From the NCBI GenBank assembly GCA_008080735.1, contig SHMW01000005.1, positions 24,135 through 88,134 on the forward strand: a stretch of 64,000 bases of DNA, given 5' to 3'. Positions 1-8,229 of the stretch are shown piece after piece (position 1 is the first letter of the stretch; each line of letters opens with the position of its first letter). Made by a program: the position numbers and the translations under genes. Below the pieces are notes generated by a model, which searched no databases, had not been told where the DNA came from, and saw only the letters and a list, made by a program, of their open reading frames with translations. The stretch comes from Promethearchaeota archaeon. GTDB lineage: Archaea > Asgardarchaeota > Lokiarchaeia > Sigyniarchaeales > SOKP01.

Positions 1-131
1 GGTGGTTCATGCCGTTCAATGGGGCTGAGTTCACTCACGACTTCATGGCCGACATCACAAGCTTCATGGAGCAGTTGCCGCATCGAACCATTGACCAAAT
101 GGTTAACAGAGGCACGCCAACAAGTGCGTAA
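1..131 (+). CDS. 3' end of a hypothetical phage protein (runs off the window's left edge)
   Basis: Open frame 3, WFMPFNGAEFTHDFMADITSFMEQLPHRTIDQMVNRGTPTSA, stop TAA at 129-131; clearly more GC-rich than the downstream DNA. Confidence 0.55.
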   Translation, partial: WFMPFNGAEFTHDFMADITSFMEQLPHRTIDQMVNRGTPTSA

Positions 132-311
132 TGCCAATTACGAATGTAAAAATTTTATACTATTGGAAATCAAGGAAATAATTAATATATTTATAAATAC
201 GTATAATAGCAGTATTTATATGATTTTGTCTAGTGAAACAAAAATATTTAAGTAAACTTTTTTTAAGAAAATCAGAAAAAGTACTTAAGGGGTAAAATCG
301 TTTGTACGATA

Positions 312-457
312 TAAGTAAAAAGTAAGTTAATAATAAGTGAAAGGTTTTACTCGTGTTAACAACGTTTACACGTTGTAACACTCGTAGGTTTTAGACCAAA
401 CATAATAAATGTTTGGTCTTTTGTCTATAGTAAGTCAATAATAAGTGAGTATTAAGT
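312..457. repeat. Two triplets of TAAGT at 11-bp spacing, including a 20-bp direct repeat, flanking two hairpins
   Basis: TAAGT at 312/323/334 and 431/442/453; AGTAAGT(T/C)AATAATAAGTGA at 321-340 and 429-448; hairpins at 353-381 and 393-419. Confidence 0.8.
393..423 (+). terminator. Hairpin, possible intrinsic terminator
   Basis: AGACCAAACAT-aataa-ATGTTTGGTCT followed by TTT. Confidence 0.5.
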
Positions 458-465
458 GACAGTAG

Positions 466-765
466 ATGAAATGTAACAAATGTAATAGAAAAATTCGTAA
501 TGGTGAAAAAATATTATTCAAAACTGTTAGTAGAATATATGATGGTGATATATTAATTAATGATGAATTTTTTAATAATTCTGAAATTTGCCATATTGGA
601 TGTGTAGAAAAACCTATTGACACAAAACCAAATAATTTGATAGAAAATTTGTATAATCAATTAAGAAGGCTTGGTGTAAAGACCACACAAGCGGAAGTAA
701 GAAATTTTATTATTAAATCTGGCGAGAGAGAAATAGACAAATTGATTGTACGATGGTTTGAGTAA
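466..765 (+). CDS. Hypothetical protein with zinc-finger-like N-terminus
   Basis: CxxC (CNKC) and CHxxC motif. Confidence 0.75.
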   Translation: MKCNKCNRKIRNGEKILFKTVSRIYDGDILINDEFFNNSEICHIGCVEKPIDTKPNNLIENLYNQLRRLGVKTTQAEVRNFIIKSGEREIDKLIVRWFE

Positions 766-783
766 TATAAGTCTAAGCGAGAT

Positions 784-1485
784 ATGAACAAAATTCACAG
801 TAGTATTTCAAAAGTTTGCGATATCCATGTTCTTGACTTTGTTAAAAAGCCAGAAGATATTGTTGCTATATCAAACGAACATAACTTTCGTAGTATTGTA
901 ACTGTTCCTGGCTATATTCATAGATTTAAGAAATCGTTATTATCAATCCCTATTTTGGGAACAAAACCCAATCTAACACCAATTATTAATTATCCACTGG
1001 GTTGTGAATCTTCAAAGTCTAGAATATACTCTATTATAGATGCTAAAGAAAATAATCTTAAAGAAGTTGAAATAATAGCACCGTATCATCATATCTTTGC
1101 TAAAGATTTCAGAGCTATAGATGAAGATTTGACAGATATTGTAAAGACATGCGAAAAAGTTGGCATATCTTTTAAATATATATTAGATTTATATATACCA
1201 CTTGATGTCAAAACACGCAATAGAGTGCTTAGGATTATATCGACACACGACATACCTATTATTTCCTTTGGATCTGGCTATAATATGGATTATGATATAT
1301 CTTCTTCTGATATAGTTCTAAATGTAATGAAGATGAAGGATAAAATTAATTCTAAGGTTAAAGTGGTTTTGCGTAACACTGATAATATTGTCGATGAAAT
1401 GAACGTATTAATGAAATGTGGTGTAGATATAATAGGTGTTAATTGGAACTACTCTACAAAACTTATAAATAACAATAAAAATTAA
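784..1485 (+). CDS. Degenerate deoxyribose-phosphate aldolase (DeoC/DERA)-like TIM-barrel protein
   Basis: IINYPLG..S..SR....DAKEN..KEVEI resembles the DeoC VIGFPLG...EID region; the FVKTSTG motif is replaced by IISFGSG. Confidence 0.65.
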   Translation: MNKIHSSISKVCDIHVLDFVKKPEDIVAISNEHNFRSIVTVPGYIHRFKKSLLSIPILGTKPNLTPIINYPLGCESSKSRIYSIIDAKENNLKEVEIIAPYHHIFAKDFRAIDEDLTDIVKTCEKVGISFKYILDLYIPLDVKTRNRVLRIISTHDIPIISFGSGYNMDYDISSSDIVLNVMKMKDKINSKVKVVLRNTDNIVDEMNVLMKCGVDIIGVNWNYSTKLINNNKN

Positions 1486-1497
1486 TGGGGTTGAGTC

Positions 1498-1917
1498 ATG
1501 CCGGGCGATGATAGTTTACGTACAATTTTGAATTATATTAAAGATAATCAGGATAATTTGTCTAATAGAATGGATAGATTTTCTGATAAAATCAATGGAG
1601 AAATCTCTGATATTAAAAAAGAAATTTCTCAACTTAATTCAACCATAGCTTGTACATATAGCGAATTTACCCAGCATATTAAGAATTTAAAAGAAGAATC
1701 TGACGAATTCAAAAGTAAAGTGGCAGATTTTGATAACTGGAAAAATGGCAGCGATTCAAATACTGGTATTAATACCCGTATGACTATAATCGAAAACAAA
1801 CAGAAAAATCTGACACAATCTATTAGCAAGTGGGGTACACTCATTGTCACAAGTGTTACTGGCCTTTTAATGACAATCGTTGGTTATTTAGCCACACAGA
1901 TATTTGATTTATTTTAA
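1498..1917 (+). CDS. Coiled-coil protein with C-terminal membrane anchor
   Basis: Heptad-like body; hydrophobic C-terminus WGTLIVTSVTGLLMTIVGYLA. Confidence 0.7.
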   Translation: MPGDDSLRTILNYIKDNQDNLSNRMDRFSDKINGEISDIKKEISQLNSTIACTYSEFTQHIKNLKEESDEFKSKVADFDNWKNGSDSNTGINTRMTIIENKQKNLTQSISKWGTLIVTSVTGLLMTIVGYLATQIFDLF

Positions 1918-2042
1918 ATAGCTCAGCAGTTAGTTATGTCTTTTTAACCATAAAATTGATAATAAACCGCCCGGTTTTATCAGTTTTGATAAGAAAACTT
2001 ATTAGTAGATATGAAATTTATATTGATAATTTCCAGATTTTT

Positions 2043-2050
2043 TGTATAAA
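2043..2050 (+). promoter_or_regulatory. Putative promoter element TGTATAA
   Basis: 39 nt upstream of ATG 2082; the same motif lies 37 nt upstream of ATG 47218. Confidence 0.4.
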
Positions 2051-2081
2051 CTATTAGAAAGTTTAAATTCTGGAGATTATT

Positions 2082-2465
2082 ATGGCTACTACAGGTACTG
2101 ACACACTAACCAGCATGGTAAATAGTTTCGATGTTGGACTTGGTAGTCCACAGTTAGATTACTCTAATGCTGCTAGTGGTACTACAACTATAAATGTTCT
2201 AAGTGCTAAAAATTCTAACTATCTGTCTATCGAAGATGTTAATGTTGGCCAAGCTGTTCCAAGGCCAGATGTTAATTGGCACAAGACAGATAACACAAAA
2301 AGCGATCCATCTGGATATAATGCGGATGGAACCCCAGAATGGGGCGATGGTGCAATTGCTCGTTCTACCACTTGGACTACCGACGACGAAGCTTCTGGCA
2401 CTCCAGAGCTAGCGTATGCACAAGGTAGTGGTGTAACCGGTAGAGATTACAGCGATCTAACGTAA
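2082..2465 (+). CDS. Acidic Ser/Thr/Gly-rich protein, probably virion-associated
   Basis: Structural-protein-like composition, 4 SG motifs, GGAG SD, downstream hairpin. Confidence 0.7.
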   Translation: MATTGTDTLTSMVNSFDVGLGSPQLDYSNAASGTTTINVLSAKNSNYLSIEDVNVGQAVPRPDVNWHKTDNTKSDPSGYNADGTPEWGDGAIARSTTWTTDDEASGTPELAYAQGSGVTGRDYSDLT

Positions 2466-2486
2466 TTCTAAAATTTTGACAAAAAA

Positions 2487-2530
2487 AAAGATAAACGTAC
2501 CACCTTAAAAATAAGGTGGCGTTTATCTTT
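2487..2530. terminator. Long hairpin, possible bidirectional terminator
   Basis: AAAGATAAACG..CCACCTTA-aaaa-TAAGGTGG-CGTTTATCTTT. Confidence 0.6.
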
Positions 2531-2565
2531 AGACAGCGTTTTTATATATTTTATTCATTTTATAC

Positions 2566-2601
2566 GAGGTGGTCCAATTGGGCCACCTCTTTTTTTTTTT
2601 T
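2566..2601 (+). terminator. Rho-independent terminator
   Basis: GAGGTGGTCC-aatt-GGGCCACCTC followed by a run of 12 T. Confidence 0.8.
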
Positions 2602-2613
2602 AGGTGTATAATC

Positions 2614-2883
2614 ATGAAAATTGTAGATTATCAAGATGGTATAAGACACAAGAGAGTAATATGGTGTGGCTATTTACAGAAAAGGCCAAGTTTTGACACT
2701 ATTATATTACAACAGTTTAATAGTCATATTGACAAACATATAGATCATACATTGTTATCCGTAGTTAAGAATGAGGTTTATAAAGAAAAGTTTCTTCGAG
2801 ATAAGGATCTTTGTTTTCCAATAAAGATGGTATGGTTTAACACTAAATCGAACAGGAAAGAAAATGCCAGTATTATTAGATGA
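2614..2883 (+). CDS. Hypothetical protein
   Basis: ORF; start moved to ATG 2614 because the upstream GTG lies inside the terminator. Confidence 0.6.
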   Translation: MKIVDYQDGIRHKRVIWCGYLQKRPSFDTIILQQFNSHIDKHIDHTLLSVVKNEVYKEKFLRDKDLCFPIKMVWFNTKSNRKENASIIR

Positions 2884-3499
2884 TAAACAACAGAAATTGA
2901 TACTAGATAATTTTAATAATATTAAGTCAGAAATATTGTCTGACAATAAGTTTAATAAAATTCGCGATCATGTTAAAATTGATGATGTTATGAGTTATGT
3001 AGTGAATGCAGCACAGACTTTTGATAAAGAAAAAAGTGAAAATTTTGTTAAATATGCTAAAAGAATATGTATCTATAGAACGATAGACAATATTAGAAAG
3101 ACTATGGAACGCAAACGAAGCATTATTGACAAGTATAACAAGAAGGTAAATCAAGCAGATGCTCTTGTCAAAGATGGGAAACTATTTGAAGCCAACCAAA
3201 TTAAGCCTAGAGATGTCGTGAATCAAGATATAAACCAATTCAATCCAAGCGTTAGAGACAAAAACTTTGGTCTTGTCGAATGGGAAGATTCTAAATCATT
3301 TTTGTTAAAAGAAGCTAAAAAACAATTAAATGATATAGAATTTAAGATTTTAGTTGAACATTATTTGCCAAAAGCCGATGGTAAAGAGTACAAGACATTG
3401 ACTAAAATAAGTGAAGAGGTTGAATTATCTTTAACATACATTAGTTATATATCTAAATCCGACAAAATAAAGAGATTAATAAGAAAAATAATAAAATGA
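2864..3499 (+). CDS. Phage sigma-70-family RNA polymerase sigma factor
   Basis: Region 2-like AAQTFDKEKSENFVKYAKRICIYRTIDNIRK; region 4-like LNDIEFKIL..HY...TLTKISEEVELS. Confidence 0.75.
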   Translation: MPVLLDDKQQKLILDNFNNIKSEILSDNKFNKIRDHVKIDDVMSYVVNAAQTFDKEKSENFVKYAKRICIYRTIDNIRKTMERKRSIIDKYNKKVNQADALVKDGKLFEANQIKPRDVVNQDINQFNPSVRDKNFGLVEWEDSKSFLLKEAKKQLNDIEFKILVEHYLPKADGKEYKTLTKISEEVELSLTYISYISKSDKIKRLIRKIIK

Positions 3500-4218
3500 A
3501 CGAAGAGTTTGATAAATTAAAAAGCATATTGTATAAACCCTTTTACGTCGAAGGTTTGTCAGATAATAATAAAAAATCTTTAGTTATGCCTGTGTCATTG
3601 GAAATAAACTCAAAATATTCCAAACAAGGCAATAGCGACCGAATGTCTGTTGTTATATTGGATATGAAAAAAACCAACCAATTAATATATCCATATATAC
3701 AGACGGTAGATATAGAAGATACTGACAAATTTATTAAACAGTTGATACCTATCCATGTATATGCTTCTTTACAAAGGGAGGTTATGGCATGTATAGACAT
3801 ACTATGTAAGTATTTAGAAGAAATTAACACTCAAGTTGATTATTATTCATCTGCACTAAATGCGTTAATGTCAATACAGGATTCTGCAATTGGTACAAAC
3901 GGCGTTATCTTTAATTCTGATGATAAAGAAATGGTACACTTAGCATACAAGTGTATTAATCCAGATTTTGGAAAACAATTAAACAATAGTCAAATAGAGA
4001 TTATTGGATCTAAAATTAATGAGATAATAAACAACTATTTGGTTGATTCTGATGTCAATCCAGACGATATAATGGATGATATACGGTTGAATATTGCAGA
4101 CGTTTTTCCAGATGGTTTTAAGATAGATAAACTTGTAATTAACCCCGATCCTATTATGGCAGAACTTAACAACAGAAAAGAAAGAAATGATGGAGATTTT
4201 TTAAATGGCGAATCTTAA
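3496..4218 (+). CDS. Hypothetical protein
   Basis: 240-aa ORF coupled to both neighbours. Confidence 0.75.
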   Translation: MNEEFDKLKSILYKPFYVEGLSDNNKKSLVMPVSLEINSKYSKQGNSDRMSVVILDMKKTNQLIYPYIQTVDIEDTDKFIKQLIPIHVYASLQREVMACIDILCKYLEEINTQVDYYSSALNALMSIQDSAIGTNGVIFNSDDKEMVHLAYKCINPDFGKQLNNSQIEIIGSKINEIINNYLVDSDVNPDDIMDDIRLNIADVFPDGFKIDKLVINPDPIMAELNNRKERNDGDFLNGES

Positions 4219-4615
4219 TAAAGTATATTTAGCTGGAAATTTAACAAAAGATCCCAAGATTCTTGAAGTACCAAACAGTGGATCAATGGCAATTTTTAGA
4301 TTAGCTGTAAATAGGTTTTTTAAGAAAAGTGATGGAGAATTTGCTAAAGATACAGCTTTTGTTGATTGTATTGCATTTGGAAGAATTGCAAGAACGGTTG
4401 ATGAATTTTGTAAGAAAGGAACTGGTGTATTGATTGAGGGAGAATTGAGAAACTATAAAGAATCAATAAATATCAATGTGATTAAACTTGGGTTTACTAC
4501 TATACCACGTTCTTCTAATAATAAAGATAGAGAAGATTACAATACAGACTCGGAAACAGAAGATACTAGTAATAACAATGAATCTATGTTGAATGACGAA
4601 GATATCCCCTTTTAA
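4205..4615 (+). CDS. ssb: Single-stranded DNA-binding protein
   Basis: NKVYLAGNLTKDP, FRLAVNR, KKGTGVLIEGEL, acidic DEDIPF tail. Confidence 0.95.
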   Translation: MANLNKVYLAGNLTKDPKILEVPNSGSMAIFRLAVNRFFKKSDGEFAKDTAFVDCIAFGRIARTVDEFCKKGTGVLIEGELRNYKESININVIKLGFTTIPRSSNNKDREDYNTDSETEDTSNNNESMLNDEDIPF

Positions 4616-4626
4616 GGAGCAACCAA

Positions 4627-4827
4627 ATGGATCTTACAGTAGGACGTAGAGTTTCGCCTAGAACAAAGAGCTATAACGCTTATAAAGTTTCATACAGACG
4701 AGACGGAAAGAACTATGCATCTTTTACTTGGACAAAACCAGAAGCTGAAGACTTGGCTTACGACTTAAAACACATCAGCCGCCGGAAGGTTTTAGGAATT
4801 TCTCCAGTTACTTTACGAGAAGTCTAA
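4627..4827 (+). CDS. Small basic hypothetical protein
   Basis: Strong AAGGAG SD; Arg/Lys-rich. Confidence 0.7.
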   Translation: MDLTVGRRVSPRTKSYNAYKVSYRRDGKNYASFTWTKPEAEDLAYDLKHISRRKVLGISPVTLREV

Positions 4828-4887
4828 CTCCGGATAGATCGTGTGTTTTCGTGTCAACCCCCACTTTCTTATAACGATCACAACCGG

Positions 4888-4921
4888 AACCCGCCTGAAT
4901 TTAAAAGTTCTGGCGGGTTTT
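4888..4921 (+). terminator. Intrinsic terminator
   Basis: AACCCGCC...GGCGGGTT followed by T-run. Confidence 0.7.
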
Positions 4922-4941
4922 ACCATTAAAAGGGTTTAAAC

Positions 4942-5757
4942 ATGAAACCTAAAATTGGATTGTACGACACAGCATTTTTTAATGACAAAACATCAAGTAA
5001 ATATTATAATGACATTCCTTTTGAATGGAACAGATATACACCAGCAGAATGTAATATTGTAGTATTTACAGATCAATGTCTTCCTATGGTTAATTTTGCA
5101 TCGCAAATAAGTCATATAAAAATTGCTTGGCTTGTTGAACCAAGATCAATTAATCCAAATTGGTATGATTTTATAAATAATAATTATAATAATTATGATT
5201 ATATTATAACTCACGATAAGGAAGTTGGAAAACTTCCAAATGCTGTTATAGTGCCATTCGGCGGAACATGGATTTGTCCAACAAGATGGAAAATATACAA
5301 TAAATCAAAAGACTTTTCAATCATAGCTTCTAAGAAAAATTTTACAATAGGTCATAATTTAAGACATAGAATTATAAATAAATATCATGACAAAATTGAC
5401 ACTTTTGGATATGGATACAATCCTCTAAATGAAAAAATATATGGTATGAAAGATTATTACTGTTCGTTTGCTATAGAAAACGCATCAATTCCTGGTTACT
5501 TTACAGAGAAAATTATAGATTGTTTCTTAACCGGCTGCATACCTATATATTATGGTGATCCTGATATTTCAGATCATTTTGATACTAATGGTATTATTAT
5601 GATTAATAACGATGATATAGATGAAGTATTTAATATTAAACCAAAGGATTTTTATAATGATAGAATAAAAAGTATAAAACATAATTTTGAAGCTGCTAAA
5701 AAATATGCAGCATGTGAACTCAATATTTGGAAATCTCTTCTGTCTAAAATTGTATAG
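4942..5757 (+). CDS. GT10 (alpha-1,3-fucosyltransferase)-like glycosyltransferase
   Basis: Y..SFAIEN....YFTEKIIDCFLTGCIPIYYG fucosyltransferase motif. Confidence 0.85.
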   Translation: MKPKIGLYDTAFFNDKTSSKYYNDIPFEWNRYTPAECNIVVFTDQCLPMVNFASQISHIKIAWLVEPRSINPNWYDFINNNYNNYDYIITHDKEVGKLPNAVIVPFGGTWICPTRWKIYNKSKDFSIIASKKNFTIGHNLRHRIINKYHDKIDTFGYGYNPLNEKIYGMKDYYCSFAIENASIPGYFTEKIIDCFLTGCIPIYYGDPDISDHFDTNGIIMINNDDIDEVFNIKPKDFYNDRIKSIKHNFEAAKKYAACELNIWKSLLSKIV

Positions 5758-5763
5758 TTAGTT

Positions 5764-6174
5764 GTGGATGTAAATAGTTATTATTGGTATATATCGAATA
5801 ATATATTGAAATGTTTCGGATTTTTGACCAACTATCTCAAAAATGACGAACAAGAAATAATTGATAGTATCAAATCTTCAATAACCAAAATAAAAGACCA
5901 ACTAAAGCAAGAACACAGACAGGATAGTTTTGACAAAATACCAAAAAGCCACGAATATATTTATGATTATTTTGAAGGATTGTCAAAATCCAACACTATG
6001 AAATTTGCCGCTGCATCGTTATCATTTTTAAAGATTAATGAATTTGAAAGTAACTTGGAACTTAACGACATATTAAAGACATGTAATAAAGAGAAGCAAA
6101 ATGAAATCGTGTTTATATATAACCAAACTGCTGATATTATTACTTATATTTTTAACGACGCTGGGTTGTCTTGA
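5764..6174 (+). CDS. Hypothetical protein
   Basis: ORF with GTG start. Confidence 0.55.
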   Translation: MDVNSYYWYISNNILKCFGFLTNYLKNDEQEIIDSIKSSITKIKDQLKQEHRQDSFDKIPKSHEYIYDYFEGLSKSNTMKFAAASLSFLKINEFESNLELNDILKTCNKEKQNEIVFIYNQTADIITYIFNDAGLS

Positions 6175-6817
6175 AGATATTAAGACTACCGGCGGTTCGA
6201 TGGCTGTTGAAAAAAGAAGTACCAAACCGGTTATTGATGAAAAAGGTGAAATAGCTCGTGATCAAGATGGGAAACCATTGGTTGAAGAAAGCTATGTCAG
6301 AATAGAAGGTATTCAACCAGAAAATCCACAAGAACCAACCAAGATAAAATTTGAAGAACAAGATGGATCGGTGTTAATCGATTTACCATCTTCTAATTCA
6401 CCATCTCCACCTACTCCTTCTGAAAAAAGCTTGGGGTATTTAACTATTGTTGGTGGTATTGCAACAATTGTTGGCATTGGTTTGGCTGTTGGTTTTATTG
6501 GTACTAGATGGGGTTTGCAGCTTGGTGGTGGCGTTGCTATTGGTGGTGTTATATTAATGGGTATATCGGCTGGTATATCAAAAGCAATGATGCCTATTGG
6601 AATAGCTGTTGCTGGATTGATTGTTGCTTTAACAGCTATACTAGCAGTTACTTGGTTTAAATGGTATAAAGATAAAAAGGCTAGAGTTCAAACCGAACGT
6701 GGTATTGATGAATTTAGATACAAATTCCCTGATCTTTGGACTAAACTAAAAGATGAGTTAGAGAAAGAGCAGGATGATGATGTCAAAAGGCTTATAAAAC
6801 ACCATAAACGTGAATGA
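6101..6817 (+). CDS. Putative lipoprotein with three Gly-rich transmembrane segments
   Basis: Signal peptide ending in lipobox-like TLGC; hydrophobic stretch at about aa 113-186. Confidence 0.7.
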   Translation: MKSCLYITKLLILLLIFLTTLGCLEDIKTTGGSMAVEKRSTKPVIDEKGEIARDQDGKPLVEESYVRIEGIQPENPQEPTKIKFEEQDGSVLIDLPSSNSPSPPTPSEKSLGYLTIVGGIATIVGIGLAVGFIGTRWGLQLGGGVAIGGVILMGISAGISKAMMPIGIAVAGLIVALTAILAVTWFKWYKDKKARVQTERGIDEFRYKFPDLWTKLKDELEKEQDDDVKRLIKHHKRE

Positions 6818-7329
6818 ATAGTTGTTTAATTGTATTTAATCCTATATTAGAATCTATAAACAAGAAAGCTTGCTTTTATGCAATTAACAGCAATAAAATT
6901 CTTGGTAATATTTTTGTAGAAACAAAAAAGCACACAAATGTCATTATTATAAATGACTTACATTCAAAATATGATAATGAACTAAAGTTTCTACCACCAC
7001 ATAGATTAAAACACACAACGAATAGTTTGCCTATAACATGGTTTCAAGACAGAACTAAAAATATAATAGCCAAATTTAACAAGAACCAAATGAGTGCTAT
7101 ACAATCAATTCCACAACTCTTACCCACGCTGCGGTCTATCAAGACCGAAAGCGTTTTTTTATCAGGATTTAATATGTCTACCGATATTCTGCCAACAGCG
7201 ATAGATTTTTTGCAGAATGGATTTATTCCAATTATTAATACTGATCTAATTTCAGATTTTGACGATAGTATAATCGACATAACTGTTCAATACTTGAGAT
7301 TTATAGGATGCAAAGTAATCAATCGTTAG
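6814..7329 (+). CDS. Degenerate isochorismatase/nicotinamidase-family protein
   Basis: D.H...D.E...LPPH and FLSGF..STDILPTAIDF echo the cysteine-hydrolase fold; catalytic Cys absent. Confidence 0.6.
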   Translation: MNSCLIVFNPILESINKKACFYAINSNKILGNIFVETKKHTNVIIINDLHSKYDNELKFLPPHRLKHTTNSLPITWFQDRTKNIIAKFNKNQMSAIQSIPQLLPTLRSIKTESVFLSGFNMSTDILPTAIDFLQNGFIPIINTDLISDFDDSIIDITVQYLRFIGCKVINR

Positions 7330-8126
7330 ACGTAACGTTAATTGTATTTTCAAAAGATCGTCCAATGCAATTAACAGCATATTTGGAATCTTTATTATAT
7401 TATACAACGATCCAACATGATCAGATATATGTAATATGCACTAAAACAGACGAGTATCAAAGTTGTTTGGAATTAGACTTTACAGATGTTAACTTTGTAT
7501 ATGAAGAAGATTATGGTAGTTTTTCCAATGCACTTAATTCAGTTGTAGGATTGGCAAATGATCTTATATGGTTTGCTGTTGATGATTTTGTATGGTTCAA
7601 TAGTTTTGGCACATATTGTATAAACATTCTTAACGCTGAAAACGATGCTGTTGGATTTAGCTTAAGGCTAGGTACTTCAATAACTGATTATGACGATAGT
7701 TGGAATGTATCATTAAACCCTAGGATTGTTAAGATGAATTGGCTTAATAAACCACGTCATTTTGGCTATCCGTTTGAACTATCTCAAAGTGTATATAGAA
7801 AAGATCTTGTTACTGAAATTATTGATAAGTTTAAGAATAGAATAAGAATACCAAATGATTTAGAGGCTATTGGAGTGTCTTATGTCATTGAAAATTATAG
7901 AAATCGTCCATATCTATTATTCATGAACGAACCTCCCCTTGGTGCTTGTGTAGACATCAACAGAACGCAGGATTTATATCAAAATAGGGTTCAAGGTGGC
8001 GAAGATTTAAATATAGAATCGTTACTACAATTGTATAATAACGGAAAACGTATTGATTGGCGAAATTACAGCGGTTTAGTTGCTCCAGATTGTTTTATTG
8101 GAACTGATAAGCTTAAAATTAAGTAG
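7308..8126 (+). CDS. GT-A fold glycosyltransferase
   Basis: IVFSKDRPMQL..YLESL, FAVDD motif, FSLRLG. Confidence 0.75.
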   Translation: MQSNQSLDVTLIVFSKDRPMQLTAYLESLLYYTTIQHDQIYVICTKTDEYQSCLELDFTDVNFVYEEDYGSFSNALNSVVGLANDLIWFAVDDFVWFNSFGTYCINILNAENDAVGFSLRLGTSITDYDDSWNVSLNPRIVKMNWLNKPRHFGYPFELSQSVYRKDLVTEIIDKFKNRIRIPNDLEAIGVSYVIENYRNRPYLLFMNEPPLGACVDINRTQDLYQNRVQGGEDLNIESLLQLYNNGKRIDWRNYSGLVAPDCFIGTDKLKIK

Positions 8127-8130
8127 TTTT

Positions 8131-8203
8131 AACGATGTAGATCAACTGGCAGATCACTTGGCTTTGAACCAAGAGGTTGCAGGTTCGAATCCTGCCATCG
8201 TTG
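8131..8203 (+). tRNA. tRNA-Gln (anticodon TTG), CCA not encoded
   Basis: Acceptor AACGATG/CATCGTT, D stem GATC/GATC, anticodon arm CTTGG-ctTTGaa-CCAAG, T arm GCAGG-TTCGAAT-CCTGC. Confidence 0.92.
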
Positions 8204-8229
8204 GTTAAATATATGGAGATAATACATTA

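Noticed and set aside
312-457. Mini CRISPR array
   Set aside because: Only two 20-bp copies separated by 88 nt, and no cas genes. The 33507 nuclease sits in a replication context.
19-623. ORF-track calls 19..255, 160..381 and 435..623, and the many short antisense ORFs inside real genes
   Set aside because: They are shadows of real genes or span non-coding DNA, with no motifs or SD support.
1919-1940. tRNA beginning TAGCTCAG
   Set aside because: No anticodon arm, T-loop (TTCGA) or acceptor stem follows.
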